In this document: positions 1-8,553 of the stretch, in pieces
How positions within the stretch are numbered: position 1 is the first letter of the stretch
Layout of the letters: the number at the start of each line of letters is the position of its first letter
The notes under the pieces: model-generated
What the model saw: the letters and a program-made list of their open reading frames with translations, nothing else
Databases searched by the model: none
Told to the model about the DNA's origin: nothing
Origin: Flavobacteriales bacterium
GTDB lineage: Bacteria; Bacteroidota; Bacteroidia; Flavobacteriales_F; PHOS-HE28
Direction of reading: 5' to 3'
NCBI GenBank assembly: GCA_020437905.1
Contig: JAGQVN010000139.1
Location: 1-60,487 of the forward strand
DNA: 60,487 nt
Position numbers and translations under genes: made by a program

Positions 1-261
1 CGACGCCCAGTCCTGCACGGCGTAGGGTGCCTTGAACACGCGCATGCCCTTCTGCGTGTTCACGCGGATGGAGGCGGTGAAGCCGGCGATCTCGAAGGCG
101 AGGTCCCAGTCGGCCAGGGCGGCGGTGGCCACTTCGCCGTTCTGGAAGCTGTACCAGACCTGTTCGGCGTTGCCGGCGGCGGTGGAAACGGTCACTGGCG
201 TTTGGGAGCGACCCGCAGCAACCAATGCAATGGTACTTAGCGCTAGTAACGTATTCCTCAT
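1..261 (-). CDS. partial (N-terminal part only) secreted protein, possibly HmuY-like accessory protein
   Basis: Minus-strand frame is open to the window edge, with ATG at 261-259. It translates to MRNTLLALSTIALVAAGRSQTPVTVST...ADWDLAFEIAG..., which has a clear signal peptide. The WDLAF-type motif recalls HmuY-like proteins, so the product call is tentative. It is absent from the ORF track because there is no stop inside the window. Confidence 0.45.
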   Translation of the reverse strand, partial: MRNTLLALSTIALVAAGRSQTPVTVSTAAGNAEQVWYSFQNGEVATAALADWDLAFEIAGFTASIRVNTQKGMRVFKAPYAVQDWAS

Positions 262-409
262 GAATGGGGTGTTTCTCATGGATCTTTTTGGATGCTGCAA
301 AGGACGGGGGCCTACCAGCCGCATGCGGACGGCATTGGGTCGCTATCAGGGATGTATGACCGAGTTGTGACGATCGCATGACAGAGCAGGGTCGGGTCCG
401 AACGGCTGC

Positions 410-1969
410 GTGGCTTGGGTCCTCATCTTTGACCCTCCGATGGTCCTTCTCGTTCCGCTACTGATCATCCTGTTCATTGCGTACTTCCTGGAACTTCGTG
501 CAGCCTATCTGCTGAGCGTTGGATGGAAGCAGTGGACCAATTCGCCCATCATGCGGGCCACCCTGGTCTTCGTTCTGCTGGTGGCCCTTCCTGCCATTGT
601 AACGGACGGTTTGGGACCCGGTCCCATACTACCCGAAAGCAGGTGGTCGCTGTTCTTCAGCGCGATCCTCATTTCGGGTACGATCTCGTATACCTGGTAC
701 CGGTTTCTCACCTGGTTCGATCTGTTCGAGCGGGAACGGTTCCTGGTCGAGCTCCTCGTATTCCTCGGTGCCGCCGGCATCACGTTCCTGGTCCCGGGCG
801 CATACCACTGGCTGGAGCGGACCTTCGACTTCCGCCTGACCGGGGATCATTGGAACGACTGGTGGTACGCCTTTCTTGCCATCGGCCTGATCGAGGAGGG
901 TGCCAAGCTGATACCCCTGCTGTTCATATGGCTGACCACGGAGGAGGTGAACGAACCGTTCGACATGGTCCTGTACGCGTCGATCTCGGCGCTTGGCTTC
1001 GCTTTCGTGGAGAACATCAACTATTTGTACATCACCGATCTGGGTGCTGTAATGGGCAGGACCTTGTATGCGAGCGTTGCCCACATGACCTTCAGCTCGA
1101 TCATCGGATATGGTATCGCCATCAGTCTGCACCACCAACATCGCTGGCTCGCGCTCCGGATCGTGATCTACCTGTTCGTGGCCGCAGCGGCCCATGGCTT
1201 CTACGACTTCTGGTTGCTTTCCGATAGCCGTCCGGCCCTGGTGACCATGTCGTTCTTCCTCGGTTCGGTCCAATTGTGGGCCCTCATGAAGAACAACCTG
1301 ATCGGCCTTTCACCCTTTTTCTCCCGATCCAAGGACCAAGGCAGTTCCATGTTCCGCTATCGGATCATCAATGGCGTCCTCTTCATCCTGGGGCTGGCGT
1401 ATCTGGCCGTCTTTCTTCAAAAGGGGATCGGGGCCGCGGAAGAACTATTGTATGAGCTGGCACTTCCCACTGCCTGGGTATTGCTTGCGATCGCTTTCGA
1501 ACTCAGCGGACACAAGCTCGCACAAGGTCGGATACGACCCTTACGCATCTCCTGGGACCTGCGGCGGTGGTTGGCTCCGAGCCTGCCCGGGCCCGATCTG
1601 GAGGGATCGACCGCCACGTTGGAAGTCTTCCCGGGGACACTTTGGCATCCACGGACACGCATGGCGACCGAGGTATTTCCTTTGGACGGCCGGATAGGTG
1701 GCAAGCAGATCTGGAAAGGTGCCGTATGGCATCTGTTCCATCCGGCGCCCTCGGACAAGGTCCTATGGTCCAAGGTGCTGCTGCGCCCCTTGGCCGGAAT
1801 GGATGGTTTCGGACCCGGTGGGATGATGGTGGTCCGCTGCGCGTTCTGGGAACAAGGTTCGAACAGCGATACCAGCCCCTTGGCGAAAGGACCGGACGTG
1901 CAACACATGCTGGTCCGGGCGATCGATGATCCTGTACCGGATCGTTCGAGCAACGGGTTCGTTCCATGA
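410..1969 (+). CDS. PrsW-family intramembrane protease with about 170-aa C-terminal soluble extension
   Basis: 519-aa polytopic membrane ORF with a GTG start. It carries PrsW-type signatures: EEGAKLIPLL, FAFVENINY and AHGFYDF. The C-terminal third has no motif I recognise. Confidence 0.6.
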   Translation: MAWVLIFDPPMVLLVPLLIILFIAYFLELRAAYLLSVGWKQWTNSPIMRATLVFVLLVALPAIVTDGLGPGPILPESRWSLFFSAILISGTISYTWYRFLTWFDLFERERFLVELLVFLGAAGITFLVPGAYHWLERTFDFRLTGDHWNDWWYAFLAIGLIEEGAKLIPLLFIWLTTEEVNEPFDMVLYASISALGFAFVENINYLYITDLGAVMGRTLYASVAHMTFSSIIGYGIAISLHHQHRWLALRIVIYLFVAAAAHGFYDFWLLSDSRPALVTMSFFLGSVQLWALMKNNLIGLSPFFSRSKDQGSSMFRYRIINGVLFILGLAYLAVFLQKGIGAAEELLYELALPTAWVLLAIAFELSGHKLAQGRIRPLRISWDLRRWLAPSLPGPDLEGSTATLEVFPGTLWHPRTRMATEVFPLDGRIGGKQIWKGAVWHLFHPAPSDKVLWSKVLLRPLAGMDGFGPGGMMVVRCAFWEQGSNSDTSPLAKGPDVQHMLVRAIDDPVPDRSSNGFVP

Positions 1970-1994
1970 AGGTCAAGCCAGGTGTGTGCCGAAC

Positions 1995-2043
1995 AAGCTA
2001 TTCTGCATAGCTTCGCACCGCCATAATTGACCGATCATGGCGG
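1995..2043 (+). promoter_or_regulatory. two tandem perfect 7-bp hairpins in the leader of the RRM gene
   Basis: The first hairpin is AAGCTAT(1995-2001)-tctgc-ATAGCTT(2007-2013). The second is CCGCCAT(2018-2024)-12 nt-ATGGCGG(2037-2043). No T-run follows either one. Confidence 0.4.
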
Positions 2044-2051
2044 ATCGATGA

Positions 2052-2531
2052 ATGGCTGGAACAGAAGAAAACACGTCAACCAAGGAAATGAACATTTATG
2101 TCGCCAACGTTCCTTACTCGGTAAGGGATGAAGATCTCCGGGAGCTTTTCGAAGCATATGGAGAAGTGTCCTCGGCCAAGATCATCATGGATCGGGTAAC
2201 GAACCGCAGCCGGGGCTTCGGTTTCGTGGAAATGGCCAATGATGAGGCCGCACGCAACGCCATCGAGCAGACCAATGGAAAGAGCTTCCATGGACGTGAC
2301 CTGGTGGTGAACGAGGCTCGTCCTCGCACGGACGGCGATCGTCCGGCCCGGAGCTTCGGCGATCGCGGAGGTTCGCGTGAAGATCGAGGCGGTTTCCGTG
2401 ACGAGCGTCGTGGACCTCGTGATGACCGCGGCTATCGTGATGATCGCGAAGGACGTGACGGAGGTCGGGGACGTGGAAGGGACCGCGACCGTGATCGCGA
2501 CCGCTTCGACCCGTACCGGGACGACGATTGA
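2052..2531 (+). CDS. RRM-type RNA-binding protein with Arg/Asp/Gly-rich C-terminal tail
   Basis: RNP-2 (IYVANVPY) and RNP-1 (RGFGFVEM) motifs are present. The tail is rich in RGG/RD/RDR repeats. An alternative start at 2088 (MNIYVANV...) would match the usual N-terminus of bacterial RRM proteins. Confidence 0.9.
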   Translation: MAGTEENTSTKEMNIYVANVPYSVRDEDLRELFEAYGEVSSAKIIMDRVTNRSRGFGFVEMANDEAARNAIEQTNGKSFHGRDLVVNEARPRTDGDRPARSFGDRGGSREDRGGFRDERRGPRDDRGYRDDREGRDGGRGRGRDRDRDRDRFDPYRDDD

Positions 2532-2553
2532 TGGGACCTTGTCATCCACAGAA

Positions 2554-2584
2554 GACCCCGTGAACAGCGGGGTCTTTTTCTTTC
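2554..2584 (+). terminator. rho-independent terminator after the RRM gene
   Basis: Stem GACCCCG(2554-2560), loop tgaacag, stem CGGGGTC(2568-2574), followed by TTTTTCTTTC. Confidence 0.7.
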
Positions 2585-2628
2585 TTTCCGATCGAACCAT
2601 CCGCGTGGACCATGGTCCAATACGGATC

Positions 2629-5103
2629 ATGCTGAAGGCCCTGCTCCTGTCGCTGATGCTGCTCCTCCATGTGGATGGGCTTGCGCAACGTCCTGCCGGT
2701 GTCCCGCGGGTCGGCAGGATATACGGCAAGGTGTTGGACCACGGGACCCATCGACCGGTCGAGTATGCCACCGTTTCGGTCTACTCGGAGCGGAATGACA
2801 GTTTGATCACGGGCACATTGGTCCGTTCAAATGGTGATTTCGAGGTCGCAGAGCTCCCTCCCGGCACTTACCGGGTCTCCATCAGTTTCATCGGTTACCT
2901 GGAACGGTCCGTGCAGGCCAGGATCAACCCGCGAGATCCTTCTGTTGATGTGGGCAACATCCTGTTGGAGACCAATGCCGAGGTCCTCGACGAAGTGGAG
3001 GTGCTGGGCGAAAGGAGCAACGTGGTCATGAAGATCGACCGCCGGGTGTACCATGTTGAGCGCGACCTGAGCGTGCGTGGCGGCAATGGGGAGGACGTGA
3101 TCCGGAACATCCCCGGACTACGCGTCGACATTGATGGCAATGTGGAAATGCGGAATTCCAGCCCGAAGCTGCTGATCGATGGTCGCCCAACGACAATGAC
3201 ATTGGACCAGATACCGGCTGAGGAGATCGACCGGGTGGAAGTGATCACGAACCCCTCGGTAGCTTTCGATGCGGACGCCACAGGCGGATTGATCAATGTG
3301 GTCCTGAAACGTACCGATCGCCCAGGTTACCATGGGCGGATCGAAGCGGGTGTTGGCACCAATGGTCGCTACCAGGCCGGAGGTGACATCCAAATTCGGG
3401 AACGCGGCACCACGGTAGGTATCTCCTACAACTTCGGAACGGGTGACAACACTACGATGGGATCCACGGACCGGGTGGACTTCAGCCCAGATGGTCCGTC
3501 AGGCTACTTCGAACAGACCACCCATGCCACGAATTCCAGGAGCAGGCAGGGAGGGCGTTTCAGCATTGAACAGCGGCTCAGCAATCGCAATTCATTGAAC
3601 TTTTCGCAGAGCCTCCGAACCAGGAGCTATTGGTCCGATGACCGGCAAGAATTCACCGCGCGCGATGGTGAGGCGATCGTGACGGCTACGGGCCTGCAGA
3701 CCGATGAGAGCCGCAGCACTTCGTTCGACCTTAGCAGCAGACTGGGGTTCAAACGAACCGGCCCGGAGGAAGGCAAGGAGTTCACAGTGGATCTGACCTA
3801 CAACCGATCCCGTCGAGAGAACGAGGCCGCCTTCCGATCCTCGGCCGTGGATCCGGGCGGAACAGGGGTCCCGGAGTTCGCACGAGATCAAAAGAACACG
3901 GGCATCAACGATGTGGATCAATGGGTCCTGCAAGCGGATATGGCCGACCCCCTGGGGGAAAAGACCAAGCTCGAATACGGGATCAAGCTGGACCTGGCCG
4001 ACCGGCCGTCGAATACGGAGCTGTTCAACATCGATCCGGACTCCGGGGAGGCGGTCAAGGATAGCGTACTATCCAACGAATACGCGGTGACCGACCACAT
4101 CTACGCAGCATATGCGAACTGGTCGCATCGATTCAACGCAAAGTGGAGCTTGCAGGTAGGTCTCAGGTTCGAAATGACCCGTTTCAGCGGTGAACTGATC
4201 GGCAAAGGGGCCAGGTTCGAGTACGACTATCCGGATGGAACGAACGATCTGGATCGGTCCCTGTTCCCGGCGATCTTCGTGGTCCGGAAATGGGGTGGAG
4301 AGCGTGGGAGGGAGCTTCAGTTCAATGTTTCACGCAAGATCCACCGCCCGAACTTCTGGCAGATCTATCCGTTCCTGCGCCTCACCGACAGCCGGAACTA
4401 TCGCATTGGTGATCCCGGTCTCGCACCCGAGCTTTCCACGCTCGGGGAGGTCTCCTATCTGCTCCCGTTCAAAGGTGGCAGCAGCAACTGGCTCAATAGT
4501 CTCTTCGTGCGCCATACCGACGATGTGATCACCGCGTTCACGTTCCCATCACCGGAGGACAGCAGCATTCTCATCAGCACCTTCATCAACGGTTCGCAAA
4601 GCTGGAGTTGGGGCTGGGAGAACTCGCTGCGCTACGTGCCAAGGGAGAAGCTCGAGTTGTCCTTGAGCGGAACACTGCAATACCTCTCCTATGCCGCGGC
4701 GGCAGGACAACCCGGGAACAGCGGGTTCACAGGGGATGTCAAAGGCTCCATCCAAATGCGTTTGCCCTGGGAGCTGGCAGCGCAATTGAACGGATACTAT
4801 GAATTCCCCTCGATCCTACCCCAGGGAACAAGCCTGGACAATTACGCCATGGACGTATCCGTAAGCAAGGATATCGGGAACAAATGGTCCATCGTTGCGT
4901 CGGTCCGGGACCTGTTCAATACCCGGCGCTGGGGAAGCTCTCTGGTCACCGAACGCTTCAGTACCGAGAACGCCAGAAGGTGGGAGCAGCGCAACTTCCG
5001 GATCGTGGTCACCTGGAAGTTCGGTCAGCGGGACAGCTCGCTGTTCGATCGCCGACGGGGCCGCGGAGAAGGCGGGGATGGGATGGATGGAGGTGAGATG
5101 TAG
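2629..5103 (+). CDS. TonB-dependent-receptor-like outer membrane beta-barrel protein (CarboxypepD_reg-like + plug + barrel)
   Basis: The start at 2629 gives the signal peptide MLKALLLSLMLLLHVDGLAQ. A carboxypeptidase-regulatory-like segment (IYGKVLD...YRVSISFIGY) follows. The plug region includes DVIRNIPGLRVD and IDRVEVITNPS. A long beta-rich barrel ends ...FRIVVTWKFG plus a charged tail. The 2377-2628 part of the ORF overlaps the RRM gene and its terminator, so I excluded it. Confidence 0.85.
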   Translation: MLKALLLSLMLLLHVDGLAQRPAGVPRVGRIYGKVLDHGTHRPVEYATVSVYSERNDSLITGTLVRSNGDFEVAELPPGTYRVSISFIGYLERSVQARINPRDPSVDVGNILLETNAEVLDEVEVLGERSNVVMKIDRRVYHVERDLSVRGGNGEDVIRNIPGLRVDIDGNVEMRNSSPKLLIDGRPTTMTLDQIPAEEIDRVEVITNPSVAFDADATGGLINVVLKRTDRPGYHGRIEAGVGTNGRYQAGGDIQIRERGTTVGISYNFGTGDNTTMGSTDRVDFSPDGPSGYFEQTTHATNSRSRQGGRFSIEQRLSNRNSLNFSQSLRTRSYWSDDRQEFTARDGEAIVTATGLQTDESRSTSFDLSSRLGFKRTGPEEGKEFTVDLTYNRSRRENEAAFRSSAVDPGGTGVPEFARDQKNTGINDVDQWVLQADMADPLGEKTKLEYGIKLDLADRPSNTELFNIDPDSGEAVKDSVLSNEYAVTDHIYAAYANWSHRFNAKWSLQVGLRFEMTRFSGELIGKGARFEYDYPDGTNDLDRSLFPAIFVVRKWGGERGRELQFNVSRKIHRPNFWQIYPFLRLTDSRNYRIGDPGLAPELSTLGEVSYLLPFKGGSSNWLNSLFVRHTDDVITAFTFPSPEDSSILISTFINGSQSWSWGWENSLRYVPREKLELSLSGTLQYLSYAAAAGQPGNSGFTGDVKGSIQMRLPWELAAQLNGYYEFPSILPQGTSLDNYAMDVSVSKDIGNKWSIVASVRDLFNTRRWGSSLVTERFSTENARRWEQRNFRIVVTWKFGQRDSSLFDRRRGRGEGGDGMDGGEM

Positions 5104-5210
5104 GCCAACACGTTCGAAGCCACGTTCCCCGGCTCGCTGAACATTCCTTAACAGAACGTTAATGGACGGGGCAAGCTGACCGACGCGGGCTATCATTGCA
5201 GCATCAGTGA

Positions 5211-6548
5211 ATGGGACGCCGGGGGCTTGGATCGATCGTATTGTTCGCGACGCTGAGCGTGATCGGCGTGGTCCTGACCCAGATCCTGTGGCTGGATTCC
5301 GCCTTCCGGATGCAGCGGGAGCAGGTCGAACTCCAGAAGCAACAGCAGGCGCAACTGGAGAAACAGTTCAATGATCGCGTGATCATCGCCCTGACGCGGG
5401 TCACGGAGCGCATCCTGTCCATCAACAAGGACCCTTCGGACCTGTTCGACGCGGTGAAGCAGGAGCGGCCCAATTATTTCGCCGTCACCATCAACGACAC
5501 ACTTCATCCCTACCTATTGGAGGCATTGTTGACCAAGGAATTCCAACGCAGGAACATCAAGGATGATTTCGAGTATGGCATCTACGACTGCTTCACCGAC
5601 TCCATTGTCTATGGCAACTATGTGGACATGGACAGCAGCAGTGTGGACAGTGTACCGCATACCGAGCTTCTGAAACTGGACAAGGACGGGCACTATTTCG
5701 GGGTCTACTTTCCACAACGGTCCAGCAGCATTTGGGACCCCGTGCCTGCAAGCCGCGGGACTTGGATCTTCCCCGCCCTGGTCACGCTCATCGTGTTCTC
5801 TTTTTTTGCGTACAGTGTGTGGGTGATCCTTCGCCAGAAACGACTGGGGGAAATGAAGAACGACTTCATCGGCAACATGACCCATGAACTGAAAACCCCC
5901 ATAAGCACCATAGCCTTGAGCAGCGAGGTGATCAGTGACCCCTCCATCGTCCAAGAGCCGGAACGCTTGAAGGAGTACGCTCGTATCATTCGATCGGAGA
6001 ATGAGCGCCTTCGCACCCAGGTGGAGCGGGTCCTGCAGCTGGCAACACTGGACAGGGGAGACCTGCAGCTTGAAAATGCTGTCGTGGATATCCGCGAGAT
6101 CATCCGCGCGGTCCTGACCTCGTTCAAGCTACCCTTCGCGGAACGATCTGCCGAAGTACATGTGGACCTGGGCGGTGAACCCTTGTCCGTACTTGGGGAT
6201 GGCGTGCATTTGAGCAACGTGTTCTTCAACCTGTTCGACAACGCAATGAAATACAGTACAGGGGCCCCCGACATCCGGATCACCGCCAACAGAGGTCCCC
6301 GTTGGGTGGAAGTCAAGGTGAAGGACCGGGGTCTGGGAATCCATCCGAAGGACATTGGCCACATTTTCGAACGCTTTTTTCGCGTATCCACAGGTAATGT
6401 CCACAACGTGAAAGGCTTCGGGCTTGGGCTCCATTACGTCCAACAGATCGTGCATGCACATGGAGGAACGGTCGAGGTCCGAAGTGAACCGGGTGAAGGG
6501 AGCGAGTTCACGGTCCGGCTGCCCCTCTCGAACAAGGAGCGGAGATGA
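5211..6548 (+). CDS. sensor histidine kinase (HisKA + HATPase_c, two TM segments)
   Basis: H-box FIGNMTHELKTPIST, N-box NLFDNAMKYS, G1 DRGLGI and G2 GFGLGLHYV are all present. It overlaps the downstream regulator by 4 nt. Confidence 0.9.
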   Translation: MGRRGLGSIVLFATLSVIGVVLTQILWLDSAFRMQREQVELQKQQQAQLEKQFNDRVIIALTRVTERILSINKDPSDLFDAVKQERPNYFAVTINDTLHPYLLEALLTKEFQRRNIKDDFEYGIYDCFTDSIVYGNYVDMDSSSVDSVPHTELLKLDKDGHYFGVYFPQRSSSIWDPVPASRGTWIFPALVTLIVFSFFAYSVWVILRQKRLGEMKNDFIGNMTHELKTPISTIALSSEVISDPSIVQEPERLKEYARIIRSENERLRTQVERVLQLATLDRGDLQLENAVVDIREIIRAVLTSFKLPFAERSAEVHVDLGGEPLSVLGDGVHLSNVFFNLFDNAMKYSTGAPDIRITANRGPRWVEVKVKDRGLGIHPKDIGHIFERFFRVSTGNVHNVKGFGLGLHYVQQIVHAHGGTVEVRSEPGEGSEFTVRLPLSNKERR

Positions 6549-7261
6549 GCGAACGAAGGAGCACTATCCTATTGGTGGAGGACGACCCCAACCTGGGCTT
6601 TGTGATACAGGATGCCTTGCAGCGAAAAGGATACGTGGTGCATCTATGCCGGGACGGAAAAGAAGGATTGAGGTATTTCAATGAGCACAGCTATGACTTG
6701 TGCGTCCTGGACGTGATGCTGCCGGAAAAGGACGGGGTCAGCTTGGCCGAGGATATACGCACGTTGAATTCGGATGTTCCCATTGTGTTCCTCACCGCCC
6801 GCTCGCAGACCGAGGACAAGATCGCGGGGTTCCGGGCCGGGGGCGATGACTACATGACCAAACCGTTCAGCCATGAGGAACTCGGCCTTCGGATCGAAGC
6901 GATCCTGCGACGGACCCTGGGCCGGACGCAAGGGCAGCACCAGCGACATCGCTTCGAGCTTGGGGACTATCTCTTCGATCACCGTGAATTGCTCCTGGCC
7001 CACCCCGGTGGCGACCGAAAACTGACCAAGAAGGAAGCCGATGTGCTCCGCCTCTTGTGCATGCACCAGGATCAGGTGCTGCCTCGCGAGCTTTTGCTGA
7101 ACATGGTATGGGGCGATGACACCTATTTCCTGGGGCGTAGCCTGGATGTGTTCATCAGCCGCTTGCGGAAATACCTGAAGCGCGATGGGCGCGTGGCCAT
7201 CAACAATGTCCACGGCGTCGGTTTCAAGCTGCAGGTGGACGTGGGTGCAGGCGATCCATGA
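6545..7261 (+). CDS. OmpR/PhoB-family response regulator
   Basis: The receiver domain shows LLVEDDP...LDVMLPEKDG...DDYMTKPF. The C-terminal winged-helix domain shows LTKKEADVLRLL...VWG...RSLDVFISRLRKYL. Confidence 0.92.
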   Translation: MSERRSTILLVEDDPNLGFVIQDALQRKGYVVHLCRDGKEGLRYFNEHSYDLCVLDVMLPEKDGVSLAEDIRTLNSDVPIVFLTARSQTEDKIAGFRAGGDDYMTKPFSHEELGLRIEAILRRTLGRTQGQHQRHRFELGDYLFDHRELLLAHPGGDRKLTKKEADVLRLLCMHQDQVLPRELLLNMVWGDDTYFLGRSLDVFISRLRKYLKRDGRVAINNVHGVGFKLQVDVGAGDP

Positions 7262-7409
7262 ACAAGGATCGCGTGGGCTAAAGACCGGGGCGGAACGAAC
7301 CTGCACCGACCACCCCAGACAGCTTCACGATCGCGTTCGACCAGTGTACCTGACCGATCTTGAGAGACCGTAACATGCGGGTCCCTGCCGTAGGTCGGTG
7401 AGGGATCCG

Positions 7410-7440
7410 CCACTTGCTCATTCCCATGGACCACTTGCTC
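7410..7440 (+). promoter_or_regulatory. perfect 10-nt direct repeat CCACTTGCTC x2 with 21-bp phasing (candidate regulator site)
   Basis: The copies lie at 7410-7419 and 7431-7440, separated by an 11-nt spacer. The second copy ends 70 nt upstream of the 7511 ATG, in an otherwise non-coding 250-bp gap. Confidence 0.35.
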
Positions 7441-7510
7441 GGCCACCCTATGAAGGGGCAGCCGCAGCGGGGACTTTCGTGGTGTCGAACGATCAACACC
7501 CACGAACACC

Positions 7511-7999
7511 ATGGAACGCACCACCCTCCTCTCCTTGAGCTTCATGCTTGCCCTTGTAACGCAGGTCTCGGCACAACAACAGCCTTGCATCGAATTCCAC
7601 GGGAACATCCATTCGGGGTTCGGTGACCCGGGGATGTCCCACATCGTGCTCGCGATCGGTGACCAACCGGCTGAGACGGTCCCCGTTTCCCCTTCCGGTG
7701 CCTTTCGGGTGTATGTTCCTGAGGGAGCACAGGCGGTCATGTCCTTCGTCCTCAGCGATCACGTGCGCAAGAGCGTGGTCGTGGACGGCCAGGATGCCTT
7801 CGTCTCCAATTCGAACAAAAAGAAGAACAAGCGCATCGCCTTCGATGTGATGCTCAACGAGATACGCCCGGATGAGGAGGCCGTGGAACAGATCGTCGGC
7901 AGGATCCGCTTCCTCCGTGGCAGTGGTCTGATGAAGGTGGAACACCTGGACGAGGAAGGGACCGGGGAATACCTCCCAGGACTGGCTGCATCCTTTTGA
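7511..7999 (+). CDS. hypothetical secreted protein
   Basis: Signal peptide MERTTLLSLSFMLALVTQVSAQ is present. I recognise no family. The stop overlaps the start region of the next ORF (TTGATG). Confidence 0.6.
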   Translation: MERTTLLSLSFMLALVTQVSAQQQPCIEFHGNIHSGFGDPGMSHIVLAIGDQPAETVPVSPSGAFRVYVPEGAQAVMSFVLSDHVRKSVVVDGQDAFVSNSNKKKNKRIAFDVMLNEIRPDEEAVEQIVGRIRFLRGSGLMKVEHLDEEGTGEYLPGLAASF

Positions 8000-8463
8000 T
8001 GGTGACAGAGCTCATGGTCATGAAGGATCGGGTGAACAAGCTAATGGGTGACAAGGGTGTTGAAGAGCCCCTGCACGAGCACGCGGTCGAGGTACGTGTT
8101 CACTTGAGCACGGAACCAGGTCGATGGATCGCCCCGAACATCACGGTCATCGATCCGGGTTGCAAAGTCTTCTCGTCCGACGATAACCCGTACATGATCA
8201 CACTGTTCGCACCCTTAGGACAGGTGGTCATGGTGCGCATCAACATGGAGGGGTTCTGCGAGCAGGTCGTGCACGTGGACACCCGCTCGGCCATTGCCCG
8301 AACGTCGTTCTTCAGCCTGTTGTTCCCGATACAGGTCAAGGCACGATCACTGCCATTGGAAAAGGCCCGGGAAGGACGATCCACGTGCGTGCGTTCCTGG
8401 TCCTTTCCAGGGGCCGGTGTGCAGGTATCCACCTGGCCCAGGGTCCCGAAGTCCCGAACGTAG
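7996..8463 (+). CDS. hypothetical protein (no signal peptide); C-terminal about 40 codons doubtful
   Basis: Translationally coupled to 7511-7999 and shares a beta-sandwich-like motif with it (x-V-x-P-x-G-x-x-V-M...VV-x-VD). The last about 40 residues are R/S/P/W-rich and coincide with a long hairpin at 8364-8415. Confidence 0.45.
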   Translation: MMVTELMVMKDRVNKLMGDKGVEEPLHEHAVEVRVHLSTEPGRWIAPNITVIDPGCKVFSSDDNPYMITLFAPLGQVVMVRINMEGFCEQVVHVDTRSAIARTSFFSLLFPIQVKARSLPLEKAREGRSTCVRSWSFPGAGVQVSTWPRVPKSRT

Positions 8464-8553
8464 TGGAACGCTTCACCATACGGCGGTTACCGCACCAGCC
8501 ACCGAGGCGTACCATCCAAGTCACTAAATTGGGGCTCGCTAAATCGGGAACGA

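Noticed and set aside
32-370. 112-aa plus-strand ORF at the window start
   Set aside because: It is antisense to a better minus-strand partial CDS that begins with a textbook signal peptide at 261.
2377-2628. N-terminal 84 codons of the 908-aa ORF
   Set aside because: This part overlaps the RRM gene in another frame and runs through its terminator hairpin. A canonical signal peptide starts at the internal ATG 2629.
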